Assembly: GCA_043803405.1 (NCBI GenBank) | Contig: JAZDKB010000016.1 | Span: forward strand, 16,293 to 80,292 | Length of the DNA: 64,000 bases | Reading direction: 5' to 3' | DNA from: Spirochaetota bacterium | GTDB lineage: Bacteria; Spirochaetota; UBA4802; JAFGDQ01 | Shown: one piece after another, positions 19,543 to 29,363 of the stretch | Position numbering within the stretch: the stretch's first letter is position 1 | Layout: the number at the start of each line of letters is the position of its first letter | Made by a program: the position numbers and the translations under genes | The notes under the pieces: generated by a model | What the model was told of the DNA's origin: nothing | The model's database searches: none | What the model saw: the letters and a program-made list of their open reading frames with translations, nothing else

Positions 19543-21762
19543 TTAATCAAAGACCTCATATACAGTATCATCAATAACAAATCTGATTTTTTTTCCAAGG
19601 GAATAAAATTCTGCAACCTCAGGCCTGTTCTTTAACAGGTCAAAGTATTCTTTTCCTGCGAAACGAAGCTGTACTGATTTGTCCCTCTTTTTTGTCTGAA
19701 TTTTAGAGTCTATCCAGTACCCGCCCGCGTTGTAAACTGCCCGGCCTTGGATGTTCTTCACCTGCCCTGCCTGGCCCTGTGCTTCGCCCGGCTTTCCCGC
19801 AAAACCGATACGGGAAATGCTTTGCTGTGCGTCGCTCACTCTGACAGCATTGTTCAGAGCCTGGAATTCCTGGCTCGGCAGAACGGAAGCTGCCCCGGAT
19901 TTTTGCGTCATTGCCCGGTATTCCATTTCGCTTCTCTTTGCCATGTCCTTCACTTTCGGGGCAATGTTCCCGATAGTCTGATCGTCTTCCTTAAGCTCTC
20001 CGCCGGAGATGCGCTTTCTCTCGTCTTCAAGTATAAGATAGCTTGTGTACGGAGTAACGATCCCGTATTTACGTGCGATTTCCGTTACCTCTCCAACAAG
20101 CTCTTTATCTTCGCCGTTAAGCCTTATCTGATCAAGCAGATACCCAACGTAACGCGCGGCCCACAAATAAGGGATAAAGTCATTCTTTACGTTTTCTTTT
20201 CCCGTAAAATTGACTTTATACTCATATCTTTGAACCTTATCTTTTACCCTGCCTTCAAGTATAACTTTCACATCCCCGCTGCCGTTATATGCCCCCAGCA
20301 GCGTAAGGGACGACCCTTTGAAAATATCCGGCAGATCCCTGGGATATGTTTTATATGTCTTAATGTTTCCCGCAAACGTAAGTTTGATATCCGTAAGCAC
20401 AGGCGACTGCACTTTTGAATAAAAATTAGATATCTTTACTTCGATGTCTTCTTTTGGAGAGATGTAATATCGGTATGCTTTTGTTTCTTTTGTGATCTTG
20501 TCCAGAAGATGCGTATTGATATCATAACCTATTCCGAAAGTAAAAATTCTTACACCGGACTTATTAATTTTTTTTATTTTGTTTACTAATTTGTCCTCGT
20601 CGGTTTCTCCAATTGTCGGTTTGCCATCAGTAATAAAAATTATTATATGAGGCCTGCCGCCATCCTTTGCAGATAAAGCAAGATTGAGCGCTTCCTCAAT
20701 ATGCGTCCCGCCTATAGCTCTCATGTTATCAATGAATTTTTTTGCTTTATCTATGTTGACTGTGTCTGTTTTTGCAGGATTACCGAACAATGCCTCTGCT
20801 TCAGTTGAGAACCTGATGATCTGGAAGCGGTCGCCCTTGTTGAGATTATTCACGCAAAAAAGCAGCGCCTTCTTTGCCTGATCGAGCTTTTCGCCTGCCA
20901 TGCTACCGGAAACATCTAGCACAAAAGTAATATCTTTCTCGCTAATGACGTTCTCTGCTGCGCCAAGGCCGGGGCTTGCGCTAAGAAAAAAATACCCGTC
21001 CTTATTTTTTTCCCTGTAAGTCAGCACGGAAAGCCCTACCCCGGATTTGTTCGTATCATAATACAGATTAAAATCAGTATCCGGTTTAACATCTTTCTGT
21101 TCAAAACTCACAATTGCATGATTTTCGCTTTTACGGATAATCTCCGTTTCATGGCTTGTGCAATATATATTTTTTAAGCTTTCGCCGGATTTAATATCAG
21201 CATAAATTGAGACATCTTTAAGAGGCTTTGCTGAAAATTTTTCAGTATTTAACGGATAAATATATTCAATTGTGCCGTTATCTTTTTCCAGGATTTGTGT
21301 GTAGGATATTTTTACCCGCTTTGCAGAACGCGGCTCAATCGGGAATATTCGCACCTTAAAGATGCCCCTGCCCTGATATTCCAGCAGCGCCGGGTCGAGC
21401 GACTTCCGCACTATATCTTCGTATATCTGACGTGCTTTATGAGCATCCAGAATCTCGGCTACTGTTTCTGCACCGTTGATGAACATCGTGAACTTTTTTA
21501 TTACAGCGTCTTCTGGTATTGGGAAAATGTAATAGCCTTCGAGTGTCGCCGCGGTTGGATTATAAAATTCCTGGTCTATGTTTGTTACTGAGCTCTGATC
21601 CTGTATATCGATTTTCACGCGGTGATACCTGACCTCAAGCGGGAACGGAGTCCTGATAATATTGCGCGGCGGTTCCGGTACAACGATGAATCCGTCGGCA
21701 AAGAGTTTTCCGGAAAAATATAATATTAATGCCATAACAAGTATATATTTTAACATTTTCAT
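19543..21762 (-). CDS. Secreted VIT-domain plus von Willebrand factor A (VWA) domain protein
   Basis: A signal peptide is followed by a VIT-like N-terminal region and then a VWA MIDAS motif DVSGSM with downstream ITDG, over 739 aa. Confidence 0.8.
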   Translation of the reverse strand: MKMLKYILVMALILYFSGKLFADGFIVVPEPPRNIIRTPFPLEVRYHRVKIDIQDQSSVTNIDQEFYNPTAATLEGYYIFPIPEDAVIKKFTMFINGAETVAEILDAHKARQIYEDIVRKSLDPALLEYQGRGIFKVRIFPIEPRSAKRVKISYTQILEKDNGTIEYIYPLNTEKFSAKPLKDVSIYADIKSGESLKNIYCTSHETEIIRKSENHAIVSFEQKDVKPDTDFNLYYDTNKSGVGLSVLTYREKNKDGYFFLSASPGLGAAENVISEKDITFVLDVSGSMAGEKLDQAKKALLFCVNNLNKGDRFQIIRFSTEAEALFGNPAKTDTVNIDKAKKFIDNMRAIGGTHIEEALNLALSAKDGGRPHIIIFITDGKPTIGETDEDKLVNKIKKINKSGVRIFTFGIGYDINTHLLDKITKETKAYRYYISPKEDIEVKISNFYSKVQSPVLTDIKLTFAGNIKTYKTYPRDLPDIFKGSSLTLLGAYNGSGDVKVILEGRVKDKVQRYEYKVNFTGKENVKNDFIPYLWAARYVGYLLDQIRLNGEDKELVGEVTEIARKYGIVTPYTSYLILEDERKRISGGELKEDDQTIGNIAPKVKDMAKRSEMEYRAMTQKSGAASVLPSQEFQALNNAVRVSDAQQSISRIGFAGKPGEAQGQAGQVKNIQGRAVYNAGGYWIDSKIQTKKRDKSVQLRFAGKEYFDLLKNRPEVAEFYSLGKKIRFVIDDTVYEVFD

Positions 21763-21801
21763 AATCTTACTCCTTCTTGATAAACTCTCTTGTGTCCATT
21801 A

Positions 21802-21908
21802 TGAGAGATCTCTCTTTTCTACATAATTTGCAGCACATTATGGCATTCTTAGCGGCACATGCCGCGCTCTTTACGATGTCAATAAGGGCGACCGGCCGAT
21901 CGCCCTTA
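21802..21908. other. Structured GC-rich spacer between the two VWA genes, containing three palindromes
   Basis: GAGAGATCTCTC is a perfect 12-mer at 21802-21813. GCGGCACATGCCGC lies at 21851-21864. ATAAGGGCGACCGGCCGATCGCCCTTAT lies at 21881-21908. None is followed by a U-tract. Confidence 0.4.
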
Positions 21909-21922
21909 TGCAACGCACTCTT

Positions 21923-23095
21923 TTATTTAAATTTGAACTCCTTTTTCTCAGCCTGATCGCGCACTGTTTTTATGATTGCAGCGTCCAGCGTATTATCTTT
22001 GGATTGCTTCTTCATTTCGCTTTCGACATATTTGCGCCTGTCTTCATTAAGGGCATTTATTTTCTTTTGAACTTCAGCTCTTTTCTTTACTAATTTATCA
22101 ACATATTCCTTTCTTTCCTTTCCTGTTAATCCTTTCATTTCAGCAGGCAGCTCATCATCCTTAAGCTTCTCAATATCTACATTGCCTCTTTCTGTTGCAT
22201 CAACAACGTCCCATGACGCGTTATTGTACTGTCCCGAAGCCTTGGCAACCGATCTCTGCACTACTGCTTCTGCGCTTACTGACGCAGCGTTCATGTCCTG
22301 CTTAGCCTGCTTTTCTTTCTTCTCGCGGCCTGCAGTTCCGTACGCAATGTAAGTCTTGTTAAGCTCAGCGCCAAGCTTTGCTATCTCTTTATCCTGCGGA
22401 GCTTCTATATAAGCGATTTCCTGATTCTGGTCAATATTGACATATTTGCCATCCGCAAGATCAGCTCCATCTTTCCATTTTGTATCAACGCCTTCTTTGT
22501 AATTTCCGCAGAAAATCGTATTCACTATTATGCCTTTTGAAATAGCGTTTTTGCATGACTTAACATAATCGACCTTGCCCTGCGTAAACGGCTCATTGCC
22601 TGCAATAAATATTACTTTATAAGTATCCTTATTCTGGCTCCAGCCGAGGTTCTTTACGGCAGATTCGATCACCTGCCCGCAGTATTCGTCTCCGCCGTTC
22701 GTGCTAAGGCTGAAAAGCTTTTCGGATACTGTGTCAAGATCGCCTGTAAGCGGAAGCACTTTGCGTATATAGCCGTCCTGTGATGAAAGGCCGCTGTTCC
22801 CGTACTCATAAAGTGCAACCTCTATGCTGGGGCTTTTTCCGTTTCTCTTTGCGATTGCGAGCTCGTTCACTATCTTCCACAGCTGCGACTTTGCCTGATT
22901 AATAAGTCCGTCCATGCTGTTGCTGGTATCGAGCAGTATTGCCATCTGTATCAGTTCTTTTTTTTCTTTCTGCGCAAATGCGCTGCCTGTAAACGTCGAA
23001 AATAGAATTGTGCTTATAAATCCTGCACATAACAAAACCGAACTAAATCTTTTTAAATATGGTCTCATATATGAGCCTCCTTTATTATTTTTCAA
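21923..23095 (-). CDS. Secreted VWA-domain protein with a coiled-coil, Lys/Glu-rich C-terminus
   Basis: A signal peptide/TM segment is followed by MIDAS DTSNSM and the downstream IFIAGNEP. The true start may instead be the internal Met (MRPYLKRF) at 23068. Confidence 0.7.
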   Translation of the reverse strand: MKNNKGGSYMRPYLKRFSSVLLCAGFISTILFSTFTGSAFAQKEKKELIQMAILLDTSNSMDGLINQAKSQLWKIVNELAIAKRNGKSPSIEVALYEYGNSGLSSQDGYIRKVLPLTGDLDTVSEKLFSLSTNGGDEYCGQVIESAVKNLGWSQNKDTYKVIFIAGNEPFTQGKVDYVKSCKNAISKGIIVNTIFCGNYKEGVDTKWKDGADLADGKYVNIDQNQEIAYIEAPQDKEIAKLGAELNKTYIAYGTAGREKKEKQAKQDMNAASVSAEAVVQRSVAKASGQYNNASWDVVDATERGNVDIEKLKDDELPAEMKGLTGKERKEYVDKLVKKRAEVQKKINALNEDRRKYVESEMKKQSKDNTLDAAIIKTVRDQAEKKEFKFK

Positions 23096-23237
23096 AATCC
23101 TTTTTTTCTTTATGCAATATTAGACAAAAACAGCCGGGAAAAGTTCCGGAATTTAAGAATATTTTATTTTAATATTTTATAAAAAGCCAGTTAAAAATGA
23201 TCCTGTTTAGAGGGCAAACTTGGGGTTTAATAAAAAA

Positions 23238-23269
23238 TTAAGGCAGTAAAAATTTTTTTACTGCCTTAA
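23238..23269 (-). terminator. Intrinsic terminator (bidirectional-looking) downstream of the dodecin / sigma operon
   Basis: There is a 15-bp perfect inverted repeat, TTAAGGCAGTAAAAA / TTTTTACTGCCTTAA, with A/T runs on both flanks. Confidence 0.6.
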
Positions 23270-23321
23270 AAGAAGCTCGATTGAATAATTAAAAAAAAAT
23301 AAATTCCTGAGAAATAATTAT

Positions 23322-23534
23322 TTATTCCTCCAGATTGTACTTAAAAGAAACCTTTACCTTAACCCTGTACTCGATTACCCTGCCGTTTTCAAGTCTCATA
23401 TCCATCTCTACGACTTCAGCGACACGTAAATCCTTAAGGTTCTTCGCTGCCGACTCAACTGCATTTCTTGCGGCATCTTCCCACGATTTTAAACTTGATC
23501 CGATAATCTCAATTACTTTATATATGCTTTCCAT
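23322..23534 (-). CDS. Dodecin-family flavin-binding protein
   Basis: The ~70-aa core MESIYKVIEIIGSS...VKVKVSF matches the dodecin pattern. I placed the start at the internal Met. The six-frame ORF extends to 23579. Confidence 0.6.
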   Translation of the reverse strand: MESIYKVIEIIGSSLKSWEDAARNAVESAAKNLKDLRVAEVVEMDMRLENGRVIEYRVKVKVSFKYNLEE

Positions 23535-23623
23535 AAAAACCCCTGAGTTATAGATTGTTAATAGGTTATTACAAAACACATAACTCCGGAGTCAATTAAG
23601 ATTTATTTATAAAATATTTATTT

Positions 23624-24694
23624 TTATTTAATATAATCAATTTTAACTTTCAGTCTTACATTGCCGGTTTTATTGTTTTTGTAGGAGGGTGTTTTTTCCT
23701 GACTCAGATTGCCGAAACTGCTTATTCGATTTAAAAAATATTTTTGATGTTGGACCGGTATTTCCACAATAATATATTGATCCGGATGTTTTCTGTCCAA
23801 TTCCTGTTTAATTATTTTACCTTTCATTTCAAGAACAGCTTTTCTAATCTCCGCTATTGTTGCATCCGCGTTCATTTCCTGTGTTTCGGATTCAGCTTTC
23901 GGCTTAAGAGCTTCCGATTGCTGCTCCTTCTTTGCTTGTGCTATTGTTACAGATTCAGCAGCTTCTCTGCTTTTTTCCATGTCGATCGGAGCACCTGCTG
24001 CTTTATCTTTGCTAAAGCGATCTGCTTTAAAAACATTCGATGCTTCATCGAGTTCTGCAGGGCTTGCAGGATGAGGAGCGCTCCTCACGCTGTCATCGAT
24101 CCGGGCATTCTCATAGCGTACAGTAGACAGAGCCAGCCTGTATACCGCAAGCTCCGCATGAATCGCTTGTCTGGTTTTGCCGGCTTTGGCAAATGTTTGC
24201 TCATCTTTTGAGACCGCAGCGACAGATGGCTCTTTTTTTCTTATCTCCGTTTGCAGCGACCTTTCAACAACAGCTAAATCAGTTTTCTTATCCATTACGC
24301 CGGAACTGTCTTTAAAGTCAAATTTCTCTGCAACATTCATGCTTTTGTTAATCTGATCCGCCGGATAAATAAATATAATAATTAATAGAGCAACAGCAGC
24401 CACACCGAGAACCTCAACCGGAACCTTAATCTTCAGAGGAAAAAATAAAATCCGCGCTATTTTCCGAAAACCCGATTGCTTATCAATGCGCTCGTTCATT
24501 TGTTCAAGGAAATCGGCCGGAGCCTTAGCCTGTTTAAGGGAAGCCATTTCCTTCTTATATTTCTTAAGTGAAGCAAGCTCAGTACTGCAGTCTTTACAGG
24601 ACGCTACATGCTTTTTGACAATGGCAGATAAATCCTTGCTCAATTCGTTTTCTGAATATTCATCAAGGAGTTTTTGTATTTCGTGACAGTCCAT
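23624..24694 (-). CDS. Zinc-finger (zf-HC2 / ZAS) anti-sigma factor with a TM helix and an Ala/Lys/Glu-rich periplasmic region
   Basis: The N-terminus reads MDCHEIQKLLDEY...HVASCKDCSTEL, an HxxxCxxC motif. A TM segment VAAVALLIIIFIY follows. The start overlaps the sigma-factor stop (ATGA). Confidence 0.75.
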   Translation of the reverse strand: MDCHEIQKLLDEYSENELSKDLSAIVKKHVASCKDCSTELASLKKYKKEMASLKQAKAPADFLEQMNERIDKQSGFRKIARILFFPLKIKVPVEVLGVAAVALLIIIFIYPADQINKSMNVAEKFDFKDSSGVMDKKTDLAVVERSLQTEIRKKEPSVAAVSKDEQTFAKAGKTRQAIHAELAVYRLALSTVRYENARIDDSVRSAPHPASPAELDEASNVFKADRFSKDKAAGAPIDMEKSREAAESVTIAQAKKEQQSEALKPKAESETQEMNADATIAEIRKAVLEMKGKIIKQELDRKHPDQYIIVEIPVQHQKYFLNRISSFGNLSQEKTPSYKNNKTGNVRLKVKIDYIK

Positions 24695-24695
24695 A

Positions 24696-25316
24696 TTACA
24701 TAACTCCTGTTAATTTTTCTCTTAATTCCTGCCTGGCTCTTGCGAGCCTTGACTTGACTGTGCCCATATTAAGTCCGGTTATAGAGACTATTTCTTCATA
24801 AGATTTATTTTCAATATCGCGTAAAACTATTAATATCTTCTCCCTGCTCTTTAATGAATCAACAGCATTCTGAATTATTGTTTCTCTTTCTTTTTTTTCA
24901 TATAATTTTTCCGGGTTAAACGAGTTGTCGCCTGCTTTTATTCCCGGATTGCGTTCCCATGAAGATTCATTTACAGGTAGCGGACAATCCAGGCTCACTG
25001 CCTTTTTTTTCATTCTTGACGATAATGACGATATATTATTTTTACATGTATTTACTGAAATCCTGTACAGCCATGTGCTGAAACTTGATCCGAATTTAAA
25101 TGTTTTCAAGTTGCTGAACACTTTAATGAATATCTCCTGCGCGCAGTCATTTGCCTCATCGTAATCGCCAAGCAAACGATAGCACAGATTATAGACACTA
25201 TCCCTGTATTTCAGCACCAGCTTATTAAAGGCAGCTCTGTCATTGCTGTTTCCCAGAAAAGCCTTTATCAAACTGAAATCTTCATCCCGCTGCAATTTAT
25301 TCTTTCTTTCATTCAT
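24696..25316 (-). CDS. ECF-type RNA polymerase sigma-70 factor
   Basis: Sigma-70 region 2 (FNKLVLKYRDSVYNLCYRLLGDYDEANDCAQEIFIKVF) and region 4 (SYEEIVSITGLNMGTVKSRLARAR) are both present. Confidence 0.85.
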   Translation of the reverse strand: MNERKNKLQRDEDFSLIKAFLGNSNDRAAFNKLVLKYRDSVYNLCYRLLGDYDEANDCAQEIFIKVFSNLKTFKFGSSFSTWLYRISVNTCKNNISSLSSRMKKKAVSLDCPLPVNESSWERNPGIKAGDNSFNPEKLYEKKERETIIQNAVDSLKSREKILIVLRDIENKSYEEIVSITGLNMGTVKSRLARARQELREKLTGVM

Positions 25317-25455
25317 TTAGACAAATACTCTGCTCAATAGTTCCCATAATTCGTTATATTTTTCGGATATTTACTAAAAATTCAAGTTATTTCTTTAAAA
25401 TATTTATTATTAAAATATAGAATATTTCCATCTATAGATTTTGCCGAAATATATA

Positions 25456-25484
25456 TTGACTGCAATATAAAAAGTAATTACTAT
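25456..25484 (+). promoter_or_regulatory. Putative sigma70-like promoter for the OMP gene
   Basis: TTGACT is followed by a 17-nt spacer and then TACTAT, about 30 nt upstream of an AGGAGA RBS and the ATG at 25515. Confidence 0.3.
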
Positions 25485-25514
25485 TACAGGAAAAATCTCC
25501 AGGAGAAAGCATCA

Positions 25515-26222
25515 ATGAAAAAATTTATTTGCGCGGTATTTTTTATAATATCTTTTATTATTTTTCCTCTGTTTCAGAGTTCGTTGTCGGCTGAGATGAG
25601 CGTAGGCGCTTCCACATGGTATTGCTGGTGGAAAGCATCGGGAGACACTAATGACATGAACCTTAAACCTACATTGCTTTACGGCCCGGCTGCTTCCGTA
25701 CGAATAAACGATTCATGGAGTATAGCAGGCGTATTTTTATACGGACAATTTACCGGCAAAGAAAATACCGATGGCAGCCCGGACAATATCTCCAGATTCG
25801 ATTCCGATCTCTCTTTGAATTATAACATTAATCGTTATTTTAAATTATTCGGCGGCGGAAAACTCATGGGATTTAACTGGGATTCAAGTCAAGACAGCGG
25901 GAAGCACTGGAGCGCCGGTCCCGGACTTGGTATCGGAAGCACTTTGCCTCTGGTAAGCAATTTATATCTGCTCTTAAATTTATCCGGTACATATTCATGG
26001 GGCAAACATGATGGCGACAATAATGGCGATAATAATAACGGCAGCATAAAGGAAAATACTTTTAACACGAACGCGTCTCTTGCTTATTACTTTGCATCAG
26101 CCTCTACTTCCGTAAATCTGGGTTTTAGATATCAATATTTATTTATTGATAATCCCGGTGAAAATAAAAATGACACTTTTTATTTTTACGGTGGTACTTT
26201 ATCGGTTGTTTATTCTTTTTAG
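25515..26222 (+). CDS. Small outer-membrane beta-barrel protein
   Basis: The 235-aa ORF has a signal peptide, alternating amphipathic beta-strand pattern, Gly/Asn-rich loops, and a C-terminal aromatic residue (…VVYSF). Confidence 0.55.
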   Translation: MKKFICAVFFIISFIIFPLFQSSLSAEMSVGASTWYCWWKASGDTNDMNLKPTLLYGPAASVRINDSWSIAGVFLYGQFTGKENTDGSPDNISRFDSDLSLNYNINRYFKLFGGGKLMGFNWDSSQDSGKHWSAGPGLGIGSTLPLVSNLYLLLNLSGTYSWGKHDGDNNGDNNNGSIKENTFNTNASLAYYFASASTSVNLGFRYQYLFIDNPGENKNDTFYFYGGTLSVVYSF

Positions 26223-26285
26223 AAATATGTATTTATTAACAAAATTTTCCTGCGGATTTTATTAATTCTTTATCGGGGTGATATT

Positions 26286-27356
26286 ATGATTATTCAAAAG
26301 AAAAATATTTTTGTTATTAGCGTTATTTCCCTTGTACTGATAATGAGCCTATCATGCAGCAAAGATAATACTGCTCCGAAAGAATCCTCTATACTGATAG
26401 TGCAGACTGTCCTCGGCGATGTAAAAATACAATCAGGCAATGAAACTGTAATTCCATCCACAGGCTTCGCGATTAAAGAAAACAGCATTATAAAAACAGG
26501 AAAGCTTTCCATAATCGACATCAAATATAAAGACAGCGGAATAATCAGGATAAGCGAGAACACAAATATAAATGTTTCTCGTCTTGTTTCTTCCGAAAAG
26601 TCAGACGAAACTCTGATGGAAATGTCGGAAGGCAAAGTCTTTATTACGGTCACCAAGTTGCTGAAGGATACGAAATTGCAGGTTAAGACCCCGACATCTG
26701 TTGCTGCTGTGCGCGGAACATCTTTCAGAGTATCCTCGGATAAAGGCATATCGCGAGTTGATGTATTAACCGGCAAGGTTAAAGTAAATCCCGTACAGGA
26801 TAATATTATAATTGATAAGATAGAAAGAATAGTAGAACCGGACAAGGCAGTTGAAATAGATCAAAAAGATATTGTAAAAATTGTCGAGCAGAAGAAAAAT
26901 ATTGAAATTGTAACTCTGCAAAAAGAAGAAATAGCAGCTATAAAAGAAGAAGCGAAATTATTTAAAATCGATGACACGTTCAACGAAGAAATAAAAAATG
27001 AAATAAAAGAGATCGGGATAGAAACAAAACCTGCTGAAGAAATAAAAGATAATAAAGTTTATGAGGCTGAATTAATTAAACAATTGGAAAAAGTTAAAAT
27101 TGAAAAAGAAGCGGAACTTAAAGAGAAAGAAATAAAAGCTAAAAAAGCTGCTCTGGAAGAAGAACAAAAGAAAAAAGATGAACAAAAAAACGCTGAAAAA
27201 GCACAGCTTAAGAAATTAGAACTGGAAAAGAGAGAAAAAGAAAAAGCCGCACAAGAACATGCCAAAGAGCTTGCAAAAGAGCAAGCACAACAAAAGCAAA
27301 AACAGGAAGAAAAGAAAAAAGAAGAATCACGCGTGAAGAATATACCGAATTTTTAA
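26286..27356 (+). CDS. FecR-domain lipoprotein with a long Lys/Glu-rich coiled-coil tail
   Basis: The lipobox reads SLSCSK. The FecR-domain hallmark VAAVRGTSFRV is present. The C-terminal ~150 aa are KE-rich low complexity. Confidence 0.65.
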   Translation: MIIQKKNIFVISVISLVLIMSLSCSKDNTAPKESSILIVQTVLGDVKIQSGNETVIPSTGFAIKENSIIKTGKLSIIDIKYKDSGIIRISENTNINVSRLVSSEKSDETLMEMSEGKVFITVTKLLKDTKLQVKTPTSVAAVRGTSFRVSSDKGISRVDVLTGKVKVNPVQDNIIIDKIERIVEPDKAVEIDQKDIVKIVEQKKNIEIVTLQKEEIAAIKEEAKLFKIDDTFNEEIKNEIKEIGIETKPAEEIKDNKVYEAELIKQLEKVKIEKEAELKEKEIKAKKAALEEEQKKKDEQKNAEKAQLKKLELEKREKEKAAQEHAKELAKEQAQQKQKQEEKKKEESRVKNIPNF

Positions 27357-27499
27357 GCTCTGTGACTTAAAAATTCCGTATAATACTGGATATTTTATTT
27401 AAAAATAAAGATGCTACCAAACCAAGTCCCTGCAATTCAGAGATAGATCCGCAAAATTAATAAATATAAAATTGCTTAACAAGTTATGCAATAAAGGAG

Positions 27500-29281
27500 T
27501 TGTTTTACATGAAGATTGAAAAAAAAATCATCCTTATAACCACCTTAAGCTGCCTTATTTCTCTTCTGCTTTATCAGGGATTTTATATACTACATCTTTA
27601 CAATGTAAAAACGGACAGCGTCGCAGAATTCCGCCGCGTGCTTATGGCGAATTATGATAATGACATCAAACACCAGGTAGAAAATACGGTTACAATGCTG
27701 GATGGTTTATATAAATTGCATAAAGCCGGGAAGCTATCCTTTGAAGAAGCAAAATACCAGGGCAAGGAACTTATAAGAAATATTAGATACGGTAAAGAAG
27801 GATACTTCTGGATCGACACATACGAAGGCATAAACGTTATGCATGCGTTTAAACCTGAGATAGAAGGAAAATCCAGAATTAATTCGAAAGACATAAAGGG
27901 GAAGCTCCTTATAAAAGAAATAATTGAGAACGGACGTAAGCAGGGAGGCGGATTTACCGACTATTATTTCACCAAGGGGAGCGGAACAGTACCGTTTCCC
28001 AAACGCGGGTATTCGCTGAATTTTGAGCCCTTTGAATGGGTGCTTGGAACCGGAAATTATTTAGATGATATTGAAGCAACAATTGAGCTTGAAAACAAAT
28101 ATTACACAAACGAAATTCAGGAAAAGCTACTGATTTCTATTGGTGTTTTTCTCGTACTTGTATTTTTTTCCATAATCACAGCCCGGCGTTATGCCCGCAA
28201 ATTCGTAACAAAACCGGTCCAGAAATTGGTTAAAGCTTTCCGCGACCTTGCAGAGGGCGAAGGCGATCTGACCAAGAGAATTGATTTTAATTCCAGCGAC
28301 GAACTTTCCGATCTTGCTAACTCCTTTAACGGTTTTACTGAAAATATCGCTAAAGTTATAAAAGACGTCCGCCTGATAGCAGACGCCCTTGCTTCAGCAG
28401 CTACGGAGATGCATTCCTCAACAGACGGATTTTCGGAAAACAGCCAGGGACAGGCTTCATCGGCTGAGGAGGCCACTGCCAGCACGGAAGAAGTCTCTGC
28501 TGAAGTCGATAATGTCGCGGCTCTTGCAGCAAAACAGTCCGAAAATCTTATGGAACTTCAATCAAGTATCAGATCCCTTACCGCGGAACTGGAAAACCTG
28601 GAGGCAAAAGTTAACGAATCAAGGGATATTACAAATGATATCGCTCAAAACAGTGATTACGGTATAAAGTCGCTTAATGAAATGAACGAAACAATGACCA
28701 GAATACAGGGAAGTTCAATGGAAATGGTCGGCATAGTATCGATAATTAATGATATATCGGATCAGATAAATCTTCTTTCCCTTAACGCTGCAATTGAATC
28801 TGCAAGGGCCGGCGAAGCAGGCAGGGGCTTTGCTGTTGTATCGGATGAAATATCGAAACTCGCGGATCAGACAGCAGGCAGCATTAATGATATAAGCAGG
28901 CTCATAAAAACAAACAACGCAGGGATTACCAAGGGAATAGAAAAACTGAATATTGCAAATACCAAAATTGGAGATATCTTAAAGGCCGTAAGTTCAATCA
29001 ACAGTATGATAGGACAGCTTGTGGAAATAATGAAAGGCCAGGCAAGAACAAACAAGGAGGTAAATACCGGAGCGGAAAAAGTTAAGGATATGGCGGATGA
29101 AATAAGATCAAGAACCGGGCAGCAAAAATCCGCCATGGAAGAGATCGTCACAGTCATAACAAAAATCGGCGAACTCACTCAGTCGAGCGCTTCGGGCGCC
29201 CTTGAAATGGCTGCGACTTCAAGAGAGCTGTCTTTAATGGCAAAAGATCTCAATGAGAAAGTATCTTTTTTCAAGGTTTAA
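27500..29281 (+). CDS. Methyl-accepting chemotaxis protein with a single-Cache periplasmic sensor and a HAMP domain
   Basis: The N-terminus has a TM helix, then a Cache-like region ([15 protein letters not shown]), a second TM helix, HAMP, and the MCP signalling core [31 protein letters not shown]. Confidence 0.85.
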   Translation: MFYMKIEKKIILITTLSCLISLLLYQGFYILHLYNVKTDSVAEFRRVLMANYDNDIKHQVENTVTMLDGLYKLHKAGKLSFEEAKYQGKELIRNIRYGKEGYFWIDTYEGINVMHAFKPEIEGKSRINSKDIKGKLLIKEIIENGRKQGGGFTDYYFTKGSGTVPFPKRGYSLNFEPFEWVLGTGNYLDDIEATIELENKYYTNEIQEKLLISIGVFLVLVFFSIITARRYARKFVTKPVQKLVKAFRDLAEGEGDLTKRIDFNSSDELSDLANSFNGFTENIAKVIKDVRLIADALASAATEMHSSTDGFSENSQGQASSAEEATASTEEVSAEVDNVAALAAKQSENLMELQSSIRSLTAELENLEAKVNESRDITNDIAQNSDYGIKSLNEMNETMTRIQGSSMEMVGIVSIINDISDQINLLSLNAAIESARAGEAGRGFAVVSDEISKLADQTAGSINDISRLIKTNNAGITKGIEKLNIANTKIGDILKAVSSINSMIGQLVEIMKGQARTNKEVNTGAEKVKDMADEIRSRTGQQKSAMEEIVTVITKIGELTQSSASGALEMAATSRELSLMAKDLNEKVSFFKV

Positions 29282-29363
29282 ATCAGAATTTTTCCGGATT
29301 CTGATGTTATTGGCTTAGAGCGAATTTCGGCAAGTTATGCAACAAGTCTATTAAATTTATCTC

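Noticed and set aside
26800-27356. Repetitive KE-rich coding stretches (also at 52640-52880 and 22050-22330), considered as tandem DNA repeats or CRISPR-like arrays
   Set aside because: They are in-frame low-complexity coiled-coil coding sequence inside ORFs. They are not periodic repeat-spacer units.
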